NCBI GenBank assembly: GCA_021454005.1
Contig: GCA_021454005.1_3939.2
Reading direction: 5' to 3' (one strand)
From: a phage
Length of the DNA: 28,204 bases
Shown: positions 1-8,127 of the stretch, in pieces
Position numbering within the stretch: position 1 is the stretch's first letter
Layout of the letters: each line of letters begins with the position of its first letter
Notes under the pieces: generated by a model
The model's input: the letters and a program-made list of their open reading frames with translations, nothing else
Told to the model about the DNA's origin: nothing
Databases searched by the model: none
Program-made: the position numbers and the translations under genes

Positions 1-191
1 AATTGATGGTTACAACTAACGTTAACACAAAGGTAAAACGTTTTTACATGCAAATTTGTGGCGTATGGTCTAGAATATCAGAATCTGACTATTGCAACTA
101 TGTAGAAACAGCTATAAACTCTAATTGCTACCTTACAAGAAATACTAAGAATTTTACAAGGCAAACAGCGATTTACTATTACGATAAATAA
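1..191 (+). CDS. hypothetical protein, 3' portion (may start upstream of the window)
   Basis: ORF in frame 3 ending TAA 189-191, immediately followed by a type-A cassette; no recognisable motif. Confidence 0.35.
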   Translation, partial: LMVTTNVNTKVKRFYMQICGVWSRISESDYCNYVETAINSNCYLTRNTKNFTRQTAIYYYDK

Positions 192-197
192 AAGTAC

Positions 198-280
198 TTT
201 ACATGGGGCTTATAGTTCGATAAAGTAAGCCCCAGATAAAGAGCTTTACCAAATTAACCCTTAAACTAGGAGATTCAAAA
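198..280 (+). promoter_or_regulatory. type-A leader cassette: TTTACA-N17-TAAAGT promoter-like hexamers enclosing hairpin GGGGCTTA/TAAGCCCC, then conserved SD (TAAACTAGGAGATTC..AAAATG)
   Basis: -35-like TTTACA 198-203, -10-like TAAAGT 221-226, inverted repeat 205-233, GGAG about 9 nt before ATG 281. Confidence 0.55.
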
Positions 281-664
281 ATGGCATATCGTGCACCTAA
301 ATTCATCAACAAAGACAACTTTCGCAACGCACTGGAGAAGTCACTTGATGAAAATTTTAAAGGCAACATTATCGTTGTTCACGCATTCAATTTTAAGTAT
401 GATGTAAACGGGAATAGAATCAACCATTACACGGCAACCATGTTAGATGGTACACTTTCAAGTGAAAAAGCCGTACTAAATGCACTGGCAGGACGTGGAA
501 AGGTATTAGTAAGATGTGATAAGAGACGTTATCAGGGCGGTGCATATGGTTATGATGATGCTGTTTACCATCTTGAAAATATGGGCTATCAAGTAGAAAA
601 AGCTGGAGCATCACAAATCATCGGCAGCGATGGTTATGTAACTATCTTCAAAATTAACAAATAA
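281..664 (+). CDS. hypothetical protein (127 aa)
   Basis: ORF with ATG directly after the conserved GGAG leader. Confidence 0.65.
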   Translation: MAYRAPKFINKDNFRNALEKSLDENFKGNIIVVHAFNFKYDVNGNRINHYTATMLDGTLSSEKAVLNALAGRGKVLVRCDKRRYQGGAYGYDDAVYHLENMGYQVEKAGASQIIGSDGYVTIFKINK

Positions 665-669
665 AGTAC

Positions 670-750
670 TTTACAAGGGGCTTATAGTTCGATAAAGTAA
701 GCCCCAGATAAAGAGCTTTACCACTCAATCCTAAATTGGAGAACTTAAAA
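670..750 (+). promoter_or_regulatory. type-A leader cassette (promoter-like hexamers + hairpin + SD)
   Basis: near-identical copy of the 198-280 cassette; TTTACA 670-675. Confidence 0.55.
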
Positions 751-1044
751 ATGGCTATTATCAAAAACGTTGTAATTACTGCAAAGACTCGTGATGACGC
801 TCGCGTTATGGCTAAAAAGTTATGCGGGAAAGTGGTTGACAATGGAAAACAATCTGCTGTAAGGTGGGGCGTGAAGGTTGATAAACAGTTGAAGTTAAAA
901 AATTCACCGATAAACCTTTTTACATGTGTAAACACTATCGGGAAGACAAATGTATACACGAAAAAGGCATACATTAGACGCGTAGCATTAACATCCCCCA
1001 TTCGTACAATGAGAAGTTATGCAAAGCTGAAAATTAACAAATAA
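751..1044 (+). CDS. hypothetical protein (97 aa)
   Basis: ATG at 751 preceded by GGAGAACTTAAAA; ORF-track start 736 lacks an SD. Confidence 0.6.
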   Translation: MAIIKNVVITAKTRDDARVMAKKLCGKVVDNGKQSAVRWGVKVDKQLKLKNSPINLFTCVNTIGKTNVYTKKAYIRRVALTSPIRTMRSYAKLKINK

Positions 1045-1049
1045 AGTAC

Positions 1050-1129
1050 TTTACAGGGGGCTTAAAAGCTGATACCTTAAGCCCCAGATAAAGAGCTTTA
1101 CCAATAAATCCTAAACTGGAGATTCAAAA
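1050..1129 (+). promoter_or_regulatory. type-A leader cassette, variant hairpin GGGGGCTTAA/TTAAGCCCC
   Basis: TTTACA 1050-1055; hairpin arms changed in a compensatory way. Confidence 0.5.
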
Positions 1130-1642
1130 ATGAAAACTGTAGACGCTACCTTTGAAGTTGTAAAAGAAAAATTCACTATTATTTATGAAGCTGTCAATTG
1201 CTTTGAAGCAAGCCATAATCTTGATAATTGGGAATTTACAGATGACCATCAAGGCGGTGTGACGATTAAAAATCCTAGCTGTCAGCGTAATGAATTTAAA
1301 TATGCAATCCCTTTACATTACAGCCTTAAACAGCTTTCAAGTGACTATGCAAAACAAGGCCGGGCAAATCCATCAAAAGAGGCTTACATCAGCTTACAGA
1401 AAGAACTAGAAAGAGATTTAGAGGCTTCAGAATATAACATTGCCGCGAAAGTTGTAGATGCAAATGGCAGCACTGTTTTAGAAAGTTTTTATATTGGTTA
1501 CGCTTTCGATTGGTGCTACAGTGACGGCGATGATTTAGAGGATAGACTAAAAGAAGAGGTGAACAACGCAGACGCAGAATCTGAAGTATTAGAACGTTTG
1601 GAATCGTTGAAAGACTCAGTGATGAATATCTTTAAGAACTAA
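1130..1642 (+). CDS. hypothetical acidic protein (170 aa)
   Basis: ORF after conserved leader; D/E-rich C-terminal half. Confidence 0.65.
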   Translation: MKTVDATFEVVKEKFTIIYEAVNCFEASHNLDNWEFTDDHQGGVTIKNPSCQRNEFKYAIPLHYSLKQLSSDYAKQGRANPSKEAYISLQKELERDLEASEYNIAAKVVDANGSTVLESFYIGYAFDWCYSDGDDLEDRLKEEVNNADAESEVLERLESLKDSVMNIFKN

Positions 1643-1651
1643 ATAGATTCC

Positions 1652-1734
1652 TTTACACGGGGTTATCAAGCTGGTAGGATAGCCCCAGATAAAGAGATTT
1701 ATCAAATAAAGCCCTTAAACTAGGAGATTCTAAA
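1652..1734 (+). promoter_or_regulatory. type-A leader cassette, variant hairpin GGGGTTATC/GATAGCCCC with -10-like TAGGAT at the conserved spacing
   Basis: TTTACA 1652-1657; hairpin arms co-vary relative to other copies. Confidence 0.5.
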
Positions 1735-2031
1735 ATGAAATTATCAAATAAAGTCCGTGAAAATTTAAGCAAGTTACTTAATAAAATTGATTTCATTGAA
1801 ACATCAAGAAATAGTCATGATGTTATGGAATGGTTACACGGAAAAATCAAAGGCCGTCGTGTAGTGATTTGCTTATGGAACAGTTGCAGGGAGTATAAAA
1901 AACCTGTATTGCAAGTCAATATTTATGATGATACTTTTAAAAGTCCTGTAAAATCTAAAAGCGATTTATTAGAATCCTATGAGATAACTGTAAATGGCAA
2001 AGTATCACGTAAAGAGGAAACACCATGTTAA
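1735..2031 (+). CDS. hypothetical protein (98 aa)
   Basis: ORF after conserved leader (GGAGATTCTAAAATG). Confidence 0.6.
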   Translation: MKLSNKVRENLSKLLNKIDFIETSRNSHDVMEWLHGKIKGRRVVICLWNSCREYKKPVLQVNIYDDTFKSPVKSKSDLLESYEITVNGKVSRKEETPC

Positions 2032-2357
2032 TGACTGGTATCACTGCAATCATTGCTATTTTCGCTCTATATAAGGCATATAAAGCCTATAATCTAGCAA
2101 ATAAGGCAACCACCCAGCAGGTTAGCAATAGCCTTGTAGAAAGCTTTCTAGGACGTTTAAGTGATGAGCAAATAAAGCGGCTAGAGATGAGCTTCAGATA
2201 TAAAGCGAAAACCTATCAGATAAGTGACATCTTCAAAGATAATTTTCAGTTAGTTGATGATTATAATTCTCTGATAAATGCTTTAAATGTCAGTGACTTA
2301 AAAGACTACTACGCTGTAATTGTTCAAGAATTGAGCAAACGAAAACAAAACTGTTGA
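2025..2357 (+). CDS. hypothetical small membrane protein (110 aa, N-terminal hydrophobic helix)
   Basis: ATG overlaps the upstream stop by 7 nt, GAGG upstream; N-terminus TGITAIIAIFALY is hydrophobic. Confidence 0.55.
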   Translation: MLMTGITAIIAIFALYKAYKAYNLANKATTQQVSNSLVESFLGRLSDEQIKRLEMSFRYKAKTYQISDIFKDNFQLVDDYNSLINALNVSDLKDYYAVIVQELSKRKQNC

Positions 2358-2446
2358 CACTGGTTTTTAGATAGATTAAATTACACATCAACGGGGAGGG
2401 AATGACCTTCCCCACTAAATAAAGTCCTAAACTGGAGATTCTGAAA
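2354..2446 (+). promoter_or_regulatory. type-B leader cassette: sigma70-like promoter TTGACA-N17-TAAATT, 5'UTR hairpin GGGGAGGG/CCTTCCCC, conserved SD
   Basis: TTGACA 2354-2359, TAAATT 2377-2382, G/C-rich inverted repeat, GGAG 9 nt before ATG 2447. Confidence 0.65.
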
Positions 2447-2605
2447 ATGTTTTGTGCAGGTGATAAAGTTGTCTGGAATGATATAGATGACGGTTTATGT
2501 ACGAAAGTTGTTGTTATCCTAGAAATTGATTATATCACTGGTGTTGCAACTGTAGCAGATAATGATATAATCTTTGATGTCTTAATTAGTGAACTGTCAA
2601 AATAA
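2447..2605 (+). CDS. hypothetical protein (52 aa; below the ORF-track size cutoff)
   Basis: ATG 2447 directly after conserved type-B leader; translated by hand to TAA 2603-2605. Confidence 0.5.
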   Translation: MFCAGDKVVWNDIDDGLCTKVVVILEIDYITGVATVADNDIIFDVLISELSK

Positions 2606-2630
2606 AACCCTTAAACTAGGAGCTTTTAAA

Positions 2631-2903
2631 ATGTACACTACTAACAATGGTCGCACCTTAAATGTCACCTTGCGTCACTATGTAGACGGTGTGATGTGCT
2701 TTGAAGATTTACGGGCTGAGCAACACATCTTAAATTGGCAAGTTGCAGGACTCCAAAAAACTGCTACAGGATACGGGAAAAAGATTCCAACCAGTTGGAA
2801 AGTATACTACGAAGGACGTTTACGCAGAATTTATCAAGATGTGCAAAGCAATAGCGCATCGAGTTACATTATAGTAAAAGGCAAAAAACTGCATTTAATG
2901 TAA
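2631..2903 (+). CDS. hypothetical protein (90 aa)
   Basis: ATG 2631 after CTTAAACTAGGAGCTTTTAAA; ORF-track start 2589 lacks an SD. Confidence 0.6.
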   Translation: MYTTNNGRTLNVTLRHYVDGVMCFEDLRAEQHILNWQVAGLQKTATGYGKKIPTSWKVYYEGRLRRIYQDVQSNSASSYIIVKGKKLHLM

Positions 2904-2908
2904 AGTAC

Positions 2909-2989
2909 TTTACAAGGGGCTTATAGTTCGATAAAGTAAGCCCCAGATAAAGAGCTTTACCACTAAATCCTAAATTGGAGAACTTAAAA
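2909..2989 (+). promoter_or_regulatory. type-A leader cassette (about 99% identical to 670-750)
   Basis: TTTACA 2909-2914; hairpin GGGGCTTA/TAAGCCCC. Confidence 0.55.
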
Positions 2990-3394
2990 ATGGCTATTAA
3001 TAACCGTGAATTATCAATTTTAAAAGCACGTTTGACCGTTAACCGGATTAATGTTATCACGTCATCAGCACCAGATGAAACACTGCAAAACATTATTGGG
3101 AAGATTCAAAGTGTTATCTTAGACGTTGAAAGCGTAAAAAACTCATTGACTGACGTTGCAGCAGGTATCACGCTAGACGGTGCACAACATGAAATGGCCG
3201 ACATGTTAGGCAAATCTAAGGTAATGAATAAAGAGTTAGATTTGAAAATGTTCCGATTTGCTGTTAAAGTGTGGTTATCTGTCGAGTATGATGCTAACTT
3301 TGCAATCGCTGACTTTTTCGCCACTTGGTTGCAGCGTAATTTGGCAAATCACGATTTCCGTAATATCTGCGATGCAATTTATGCAGAACTATAA
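2990..3394 (+). CDS. hypothetical protein (134 aa)
   Basis: ATG 2990 after conserved leader; ORF-track start 2975 lacks an SD. Confidence 0.6.
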   Translation: MAINNRELSILKARLTVNRINVITSSAPDETLQNIIGKIQSVILDVESVKNSLTDVAAGITLDGAQHEMADMLGKSKVMNKELDLKMFRFAVKVWLSVEYDANFAIADFFATWLQRNLANHDFRNICDAIYAEL

Positions 3395-3404
3395 AAAATT
3401 TTTG

Positions 3405-3497
3405 TTGACACTGGTTTTTAGATAGATTAAATTACACATCAACGGGGAGGGAATGACCTTCCCCACTAAATAAAGTCCTAAACTGGAGATTCTGAAA
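3405..3497 (+). promoter_or_regulatory. type-B leader cassette (100% identical to 2354-2446)
   Basis: TTGACA 3405-3410, TAAATT 3428-3433. Confidence 0.65.
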
Positions 3498-3701
3498 ATG
3501 GCTATTATTAATGGTTTAACCATTGAAACTACACACATCAAAGATATCAAAGTTGGTGATATAGTCCTTTCCCACGGCGTAGAAAAAACTGTCACTGCAA
3601 AGGATATCAAAGAGGATTCTTTCATGGGTAGGACTCTCTTCGGTGATTCTTATTGCTTAGGCTATCTTGCAGTTTTAAAAGTTGTCAAAAATAACAAATA
3701 A
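3498..3701 (+). CDS. hypothetical protein (67 aa)
   Basis: ORF after conserved leader. Confidence 0.55.
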   Translation: MAIINGLTIETTHIKDIKVGDIVLSHGVEKTVTAKDIKEDSFMGRTLFGDSYCLGYLAVLKVVKNNK

Positions 3702-3706
3702 AGTAC

Positions 3707-3787
3707 TTTACAAGGGGCTTAAAAGTTGATAACTTAAGCCTCAGATAAAGAGCTTTACCACTAAATCCTAAACTGGAGATTCTAAAA
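3707..3787 (+). promoter_or_regulatory. type-A leader cassette, variant hairpin GGGGCTTAA/TTAAGCCTC (G.U wobble)
   Basis: TTTACA 3707-3712; arms pair only with a G.U wobble. Confidence 0.5.
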
Positions 3788-4330
3788 ATGAAATGTTATC
3801 ACGGAACTACTCAAGAAAATTTCCTCAACCTGATTAATAACGGTGATAAACCATCAGGCGCATGGAATTGTTCGGATATGGACGGCAATTTTTACGTGTA
3901 TCCAGAAAATAAAATCTATGGCGACGATGATGAAGAGATAACATCGGAGGGCATTCAGCAAGCTCTAGGGAACGCCACTATTACGGCGGCCTTCCAGATG
4001 AAAACCCAAAATATTGTTATCTTAGAACTCGATATTCCAGATGATGAGCTAAATGATGATTATTCTTGTGATAATATGTCGAGTGTAGCAAGTTTTACAG
4101 AGTACTTTGATGTAAACTGGATTAAAAAGGTCTATACAACAGAGTTTAACGCTATGTATTCGCCTTTTTGTCTTCCTTCACTGGATAACCCAAATATGAA
4201 CTATCTTGATGAGACATTAGAACTACTTGCTAAAAGTGTTCAACAGTCGGACAGTATTCAGGTTTTTTGTGACATCATAGATACACTGACAGGAAACATT
4301 GCAGAAGAGGATTTAAAGAGCTTTTTCTAA
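3788..4330 (+). CDS. hypothetical strongly acidic protein (180 aa)
   Basis: ORF after conserved leader; runs of D/E (GDDDEE, DIPDDELNDDY). Confidence 0.65.
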   Translation: MKCYHGTTQENFLNLINNGDKPSGAWNCSDMDGNFYVYPENKIYGDDDEEITSEGIQQALGNATITAAFQMKTQNIVILELDIPDDELNDDYSCDNMSSVASFTEYFDVNWIKKVYTTEFNAMYSPFCLPSLDNPNMNYLDETLELLAKSVQQSDSIQVFCDIIDTLTGNIAEEDLKSFF

Positions 4331-4362
4331 AAACCTATGCAATCACCTTATAAACACTAATC

Positions 4363-4382
4363 AGCCCCTTGTAGGGGCTTTT
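4363..4382 (+). terminator. intrinsic terminator-like hairpin AGCCCCT-TGT-AGGGGCT followed by TTTT
   Basis: perfect 7-bp inverted repeat plus T-run, 33 nt after stop 4330. Confidence 0.55.
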
Positions 4383-4396
4383 AGAGGGCTTAAATC

Positions 4397-4630
4397 ATGC
4401 TTACAACCGTTTATCTCATCCTCTCAATTTGTAATGGTCATTCATGCGATTTTAAAGGGCTTGAAGAGTTTACAGGAAGTAAAGAAAATGCTATTCAAGT
4501 TTGCCAGATAGCAAGACAAGACTATCCCGCCAGTGATGATATACAATGTTACTTTAAGACAGAAGATGAAGACGGTATCTATTTTGACAGCGTAGATGGT
4601 CAGTATGAAATTATCATTGAAAAAGACTAG
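4397..4630 (+). CDS. hypothetical protein (77 aa)
   Basis: ORF with AGAGGG 7 nt upstream of ATG; lacks the conserved leader. Confidence 0.5.
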   Translation: MLTTVYLILSICNGHSCDFKGLEEFTGSKENAIQVCQIARQDYPASDDIQCYFKTEDEDGIYFDSVDGQYEIIIEKD

Positions 4631-4722
4631 ACAAGCCTGATAAAAATCTGTAAATTGTCAATCAACGGGGAGGGAACGACCTTACCCACTAAGTACAATC
4701 CTTAAACTAGGAGATTCAAAAA
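4628..4722 (+). promoter_or_regulatory. type-B leader cassette (TAGACA-N17-TAAATT, hairpin, SD)
   Basis: -35-like TAGACA 4628-4633 overlaps stop codon TAG of the upstream gene; TAAATT 4651-4656. Confidence 0.55.
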
Positions 4723-5064
4723 ATGGCTTATGTAACCGTAATTACCGATAAAGCTGGCGCATCTTGGTCAACTCAAGTAAGTGATAAGATGTCACCTATG
4801 CAGTGCCTAAAATACTTTGAACAGTGGAACAAAGGCGAGGACACAAGCCCCTTTCAAGTGATGCAGATTATCCATGTAGATAATGAAGGGAATAAAACGG
4901 TTTTAAATAGTGAGTACTACGCAAGCCGTTTTGAAACGAGAAGTAAAACAATGAAGCTTTTACGTGAATCCGGTTATGCCCATATCGCCGCGTTAATCTG
5001 GGATGACCTGCTAAAAAACCAACGTATCAGCTATGTAAAACCTGAAAAAATATTCATCAGTTAA
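4723..5064 (+). CDS. hypothetical protein (113 aa)
   Basis: ORF after conserved leader. Confidence 0.6.
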   Translation: MAYVTVITDKAGASWSTQVSDKMSPMQCLKYFEQWNKGEDTSPFQVMQIIHVDNEGNKTVLNSEYYASRFETRSKTMKLLRESGYAHIAALIWDDLLKNQRISYVKPEKIFIS

Positions 5065-5096
5065 TCAATAACTTACAAAAAACTTTTAAAAAAATG

Positions 5097-5125
5097 TTGA
5101 CAATACCCCTTGACATTGGTAACTT
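5097..5125 (+). promoter_or_regulatory. sigma70-like promoter TTGACA-N17-TAACTT with no gene immediately downstream
   Basis: TTGACA 5097-5102, second TTGACA inside the spacer, followed by a C4/G5 inverted repeat. Confidence 0.4.
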
Positions 5126-5193
5126 TGTTCGAGGGGGTTTATCTAAAAGGGATTCACTTAAAAGATTCTTTATAGATAAGCTCAAAAAATTAC

Positions 5194-5284
5194 TTGCAAT
5201 CAACTATCAAAACAAGTAAATTACTAATCAACGGGAAGGCAATAACCTCCCCACTAAATAAAGTCCTAAACTGGAGATTCTAAA
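5194..5284 (+). promoter_or_regulatory. type-B leader cassette (TTGCAA-N17-TAAATT, hairpin, SD)
   Basis: TTGCAA 5194-5199, TAAATT 5217-5222. Confidence 0.55.
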
Positions 5285-5815
5285 ATGAACAAATTTCAAG
5301 CTATCAACTTCATTCGTTCAAATGCTGTAATGTCTAAGCCTGTAAAAGATACATACGAATTCCGTTGTAATGGGGTACATTTCGCAACAATCACCAAATC
5401 AGAAAACGGGGCTTATTACGTTCATCGTCGTAATGTTTCAACCGTTGTAGTCTCTCACTTTATGCAAGCTGTAGCGGAATTATTACCGTTATTCTTAGAG
5501 ATTTACTTAGATGAGTGTAAAAACGTTCACAACCACGTTAAAAGCCTTTTAAACGGTTATAAAATGGCTTATGAACGCTCTATCAAGTCCTTAAACAAGT
5601 TTTACAATGCACCTGCAAACACTGTTTCAATGGCTTATGATGTAAACGGTGAGTTAGTTAGTCTCTTTAAAGTGGAAGAAATTAAACTGTATAATCTACG
5701 TCCTAGTGGTTACTCTAAGACTCTTGGTGAAGGTTTAACGTTCAATATCAAGAACTTAGAAAAAACTTTAAAAGATATTGAAAAAGATATTGACGAGACA
5801 ATAAAAAGTCTGTAA
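5285..5815 (+). CDS. hypothetical protein (176 aa)
   Basis: ORF after conserved leader. Confidence 0.65.
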   Translation: MNKFQAINFIRSNAVMSKPVKDTYEFRCNGVHFATITKSENGAYYVHRRNVSTVVVSHFMQAVAELLPLFLEIYLDECKNVHNHVKSLLNGYKMAYERSIKSLNKFYNAPANTVSMAYDVNGELVSLFKVEEIKLYNLRPSGYSKTLGEGLTFNIKNLEKTLKDIEKDIDETIKSL

Positions 5816-5881
5816 ATTGTCAATCAACGGGGAGGGAATGACCTTCCCCACTAAATAAAGTCCTAAACTGGAGTTATCAAG
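5790..5881 (+). promoter_or_regulatory. type-B leader cassette (TTGACG-N17-TAAATT); -10 overlaps stop codon of the upstream gene
   Basis: TTGACG 5790-5795, TAAATT 5813-5818 (TAA 5813-5815 is the stop of CDS 5285-5815). Confidence 0.6.
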
Positions 5882-6145
5882 ATGGAAAACGTAGAATTAA
5901 CCACACTTTTACAAATTGCAACTGACAAAGAAGATGTAGCACTGTTTCACCGTATCGAAAGCGATTTATTCAATGGTGAAATCATCAAAGAATCTTATGA
6001 AGTTGTCGGATTCAAAGATGGTAAAGCGTTTGGCTTTTTTGACCTCGACAAAGGCAACGCTGTCACAAAGTATGATGTTGTATCTTGTGAGATTCTTACA
6101 AAATACAACGAAAAAAGGCTTGCAACATACGCCAATATGCAGTAA
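5882..6145 (+). CDS. hypothetical protein (87 aa)
   Basis: ORF after conserved leader. Confidence 0.55.
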   Translation: MENVELTTLLQIATDKEDVALFHRIESDLFNGEIIKESYEVVGFKDGKAFGFFDLDKGNAVTKYDVVSCEILTKYNEKRLATYANMQ

Positions 6146-6211
6146 ATTACTAATCAACGGGAGGTGATAACCTCCCCACTAAATAAAACCCTTAAACTAG
6201 GAGATTCTAAA
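6120..6211 (+). promoter_or_regulatory. type-B leader cassette (TTGCAA-N17-TAAATT, hairpin GGGAGG/CCTCCC, SD)
   Basis: TTGCAA 6120-6125, TAAATT 6143-6148 overlapping stop TAA 6143-6145. Confidence 0.55.
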
Positions 6212-6460
6212 ATGGCAACTATCCGCGCTACTGTCAATGCCTATGGCTGTTATACTCTGGACGTTAAATTCGATATTGGTGGAACTGATGAGTGTTTTTC
6301 ATTAGTGAAGACAGTTATCAAACAAGTTATTCCAGATTATAACCCTACTGATGACTTCTGGAAAGATGCTGTAAAAGAGGCATTAAACGACGAGCATCAC
6401 TATCATTACTGGGGTGACTTGATTGTTTCCCTGTACTACAATAAACAAGGTTACAACTAA
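6212..6460 (+). CDS. hypothetical protein (82 aa)
   Basis: ATG 6212 after conserved leader; ORF-track start 6164 lies inside the leader hairpin. Confidence 0.55.
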   Translation: MATIRATVNAYGCYTLDVKFDIGGTDECFSLVKTVIKQVIPDYNPTDDFWKDAVKEALNDEHHYHYWGDLIVSLYYNKQGYN

Positions 6461-6498
6461 TCGACGCAGCGGGGCTAAATAGCCCCAGATACCTGAAC

Positions 6499-6523
6499 AG
6501 CCCCTATTTAAAGGGGCTTTTTA
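6499..6523 (+). terminator. intrinsic terminator AGCCCCT-ATTTAA-AGGGGCT-TTTTT ending the plus-strand small-gene array
   Basis: 7-bp perfect inverted repeat followed by T5; preceded by a second hairpin GGGGCT-AAAT-AGCCCC at 6470-6485. Confidence 0.7.
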
Positions 6524-6892
6524 CGTCTATCGAATCCTTATACAATCTCTTTCCATCACCTTTCCAGAATCTTCCCACTGATTCGATAGAACCTATCTCA
6601 TACCTTAAAAGCAATAACTCTATAGTCTACGCTATAACCTCTTATCAAATCAACTTAAATATAAGCCCATAACCCGAAAGGGAAGGGCAACCGTTTAAAC
6701 GCTCTATAAAGCTCTATAACAGCCTTATCAACCTAACTTAAGGGATTGCATTAACTCACCCTTAAAAGCCCTTTATAAAGCTTCTCAGAGACTTAAAAGA
6801 ATCTTATAAGGGTGTAAGCTTTATTATCTCGTTAGCTATCTTGTGAACTACTAAACAAGCCCCTTGATAGTAACTGAAAAGTATGTTATAGG

Positions 6893-6933
6893 GGCTATAA
6901 AGTTACGTAAAAGAGGCTATAAAGTTACGTAAA
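6893..6933. repeat. tandem direct repeat GGCTATAAAGTTACGTAAA x2 (22-bp period)
   Basis: identical 19-mers at 6893-6911 and 6915-6933. Confidence 0.8.
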
Positions 6934-7324
6934 TGCTAGCCCCCTTAACATCCTTTTAACAATTTCTTAACAATCCCTACATAGTTATGCTTTTAAGGCA
7001 CTTGTTAGCAACTTGTTAGCCCCTTGTTAAATCTCTGTTAAGACCACGTAAAAGCCTTGTAAGAGTCTTTGACATAGCCTTAAAAGCTCCTGTAAAGCCC
7101 TATAAAGAGCTATCTGTACATTTGGGGTGTAACTACTAGGAAGAGACTTAAAAGGGGCTATAAAGAGCTATAGAGAGCTTTTAAGAGGTATGTTTAAAGA
7201 ATCACTAAGAGGGAAAGGGAACGATAAGAAAAGAAGTAGTGACCATGTTAATAGCTTGTTAAAAAGATTAAACACTTGTTAGAAACTTGTTAATTATCTT
7301 AACAAAATAACTCTTTAAAATTAA

Positions 7325-7478
7325 CTTGTTAGCTCTTGTTAGTCATCTGTTAAGATTCTGTAAAGCCTATTCAGCACTTGTTAAGAAACTGTTAAAGCCT
7401 TGTTAGTTCTGTTAAGAATCTGTTAAGACCTTTGAAGAGTTGTTAAGAAGATGTGAGAACTGTTAAGAGATTGTTAAG
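7325..7478. repeat. array of at least 12 direct iterons (C)TTGTTA(A)G / CTGTTAAG at about 10-12 bp spacing
   Basis: copies start at about 7325, 7335, 7347, 7358, 7377, 7389, 7399, 7410, 7420, 7439, 7460, 7471; more copies at 7001-7045 and 7258-7300, some inverted. Confidence 0.75.
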
Positions 7479-8092
7479 GATATTTTAAAATTTTGCAAAG
7501 GGGATGTTACAGGGATGTTAAGGGCTACCAAGCAGATATACATCCTAGACAGATATTTTTCAGTTCCTTCAAAAACCCTAAAAAATGACTTGATAGTCCT
7601 ATTTTATAAAAATTTTAAAATTCTGAATAATTACCTAGACAGCCTTTTAAAAATACAGGTAATAACAGGCTTATAAGATACCTTGTTAGTACCGTGTTAG
7701 ACCTTGTGAGATAAGGTCTGTGAAGATATTCCTGTTAAGTTTGTTAAAACAGTCTATATAGAGGCTTAGTAATACCTAGTGAACACCTATAGAGGGTATC
7801 ATAGCTGACATAGAGATTAAGAGGTGTATAGGAGCTTCTAAGAGGGTATAGAGAGATAGTTAAGGTGATTGTATAGGTTGTTAAGAAGGCTTGTTAGAAG
7901 AGTGTTTAGATGGCTATTTAGAAGGGCTATACAGAGGGCTATTAAGACCACTAGATAGTTACTAAGATACTATATAGTACTATATAACTATATAGAGAGT
8001 AAGATTAAGAAGGTTGTTAAGAAGGATAGATATTTTGTTCACATATGATGGTGACCCAGAGGTTGGGACAACCGATAAAATTTTATAAAAGT

Positions 8093-8117
8093 AAAAAGCC
8101 CCCAATTAAGGAGGCTC
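8093..8117 (-). terminator. intrinsic terminator for the minus-strand operon (AGCCTCC-TTAATT-GGGGGCT + T5 as read on the minus strand)
   Basis: inverted repeat 8098-8116 followed on the minus strand by a U-run (A-run 8093-8097 on plus), 11 nt past stop 8128. Confidence 0.55.
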
Positions 8118-8127
8118 TTAAGATATT

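Larger units (their letters stand above)
6525..8090. repeat. non-coding repeat-dense region (short direct and inverted repeats, AT-rich tract around 7560-7640); candidate origin or protein-loading region
   Basis: no ORF of 60 aa or more on either strand; TGTTA(A)G, CTATAAAG, TATAGAG and TTAAGA words recur. Confidence 0.6.

Noticed and set aside
6525-8090. Possible CRISPR array in the repeat-dense region
   Set aside because: The repeat units are only 7-9 bp (19 bp for the one tandem pair), occur in both orientations at irregular short spacing, and do not alternate with unique spacers of uniform length.
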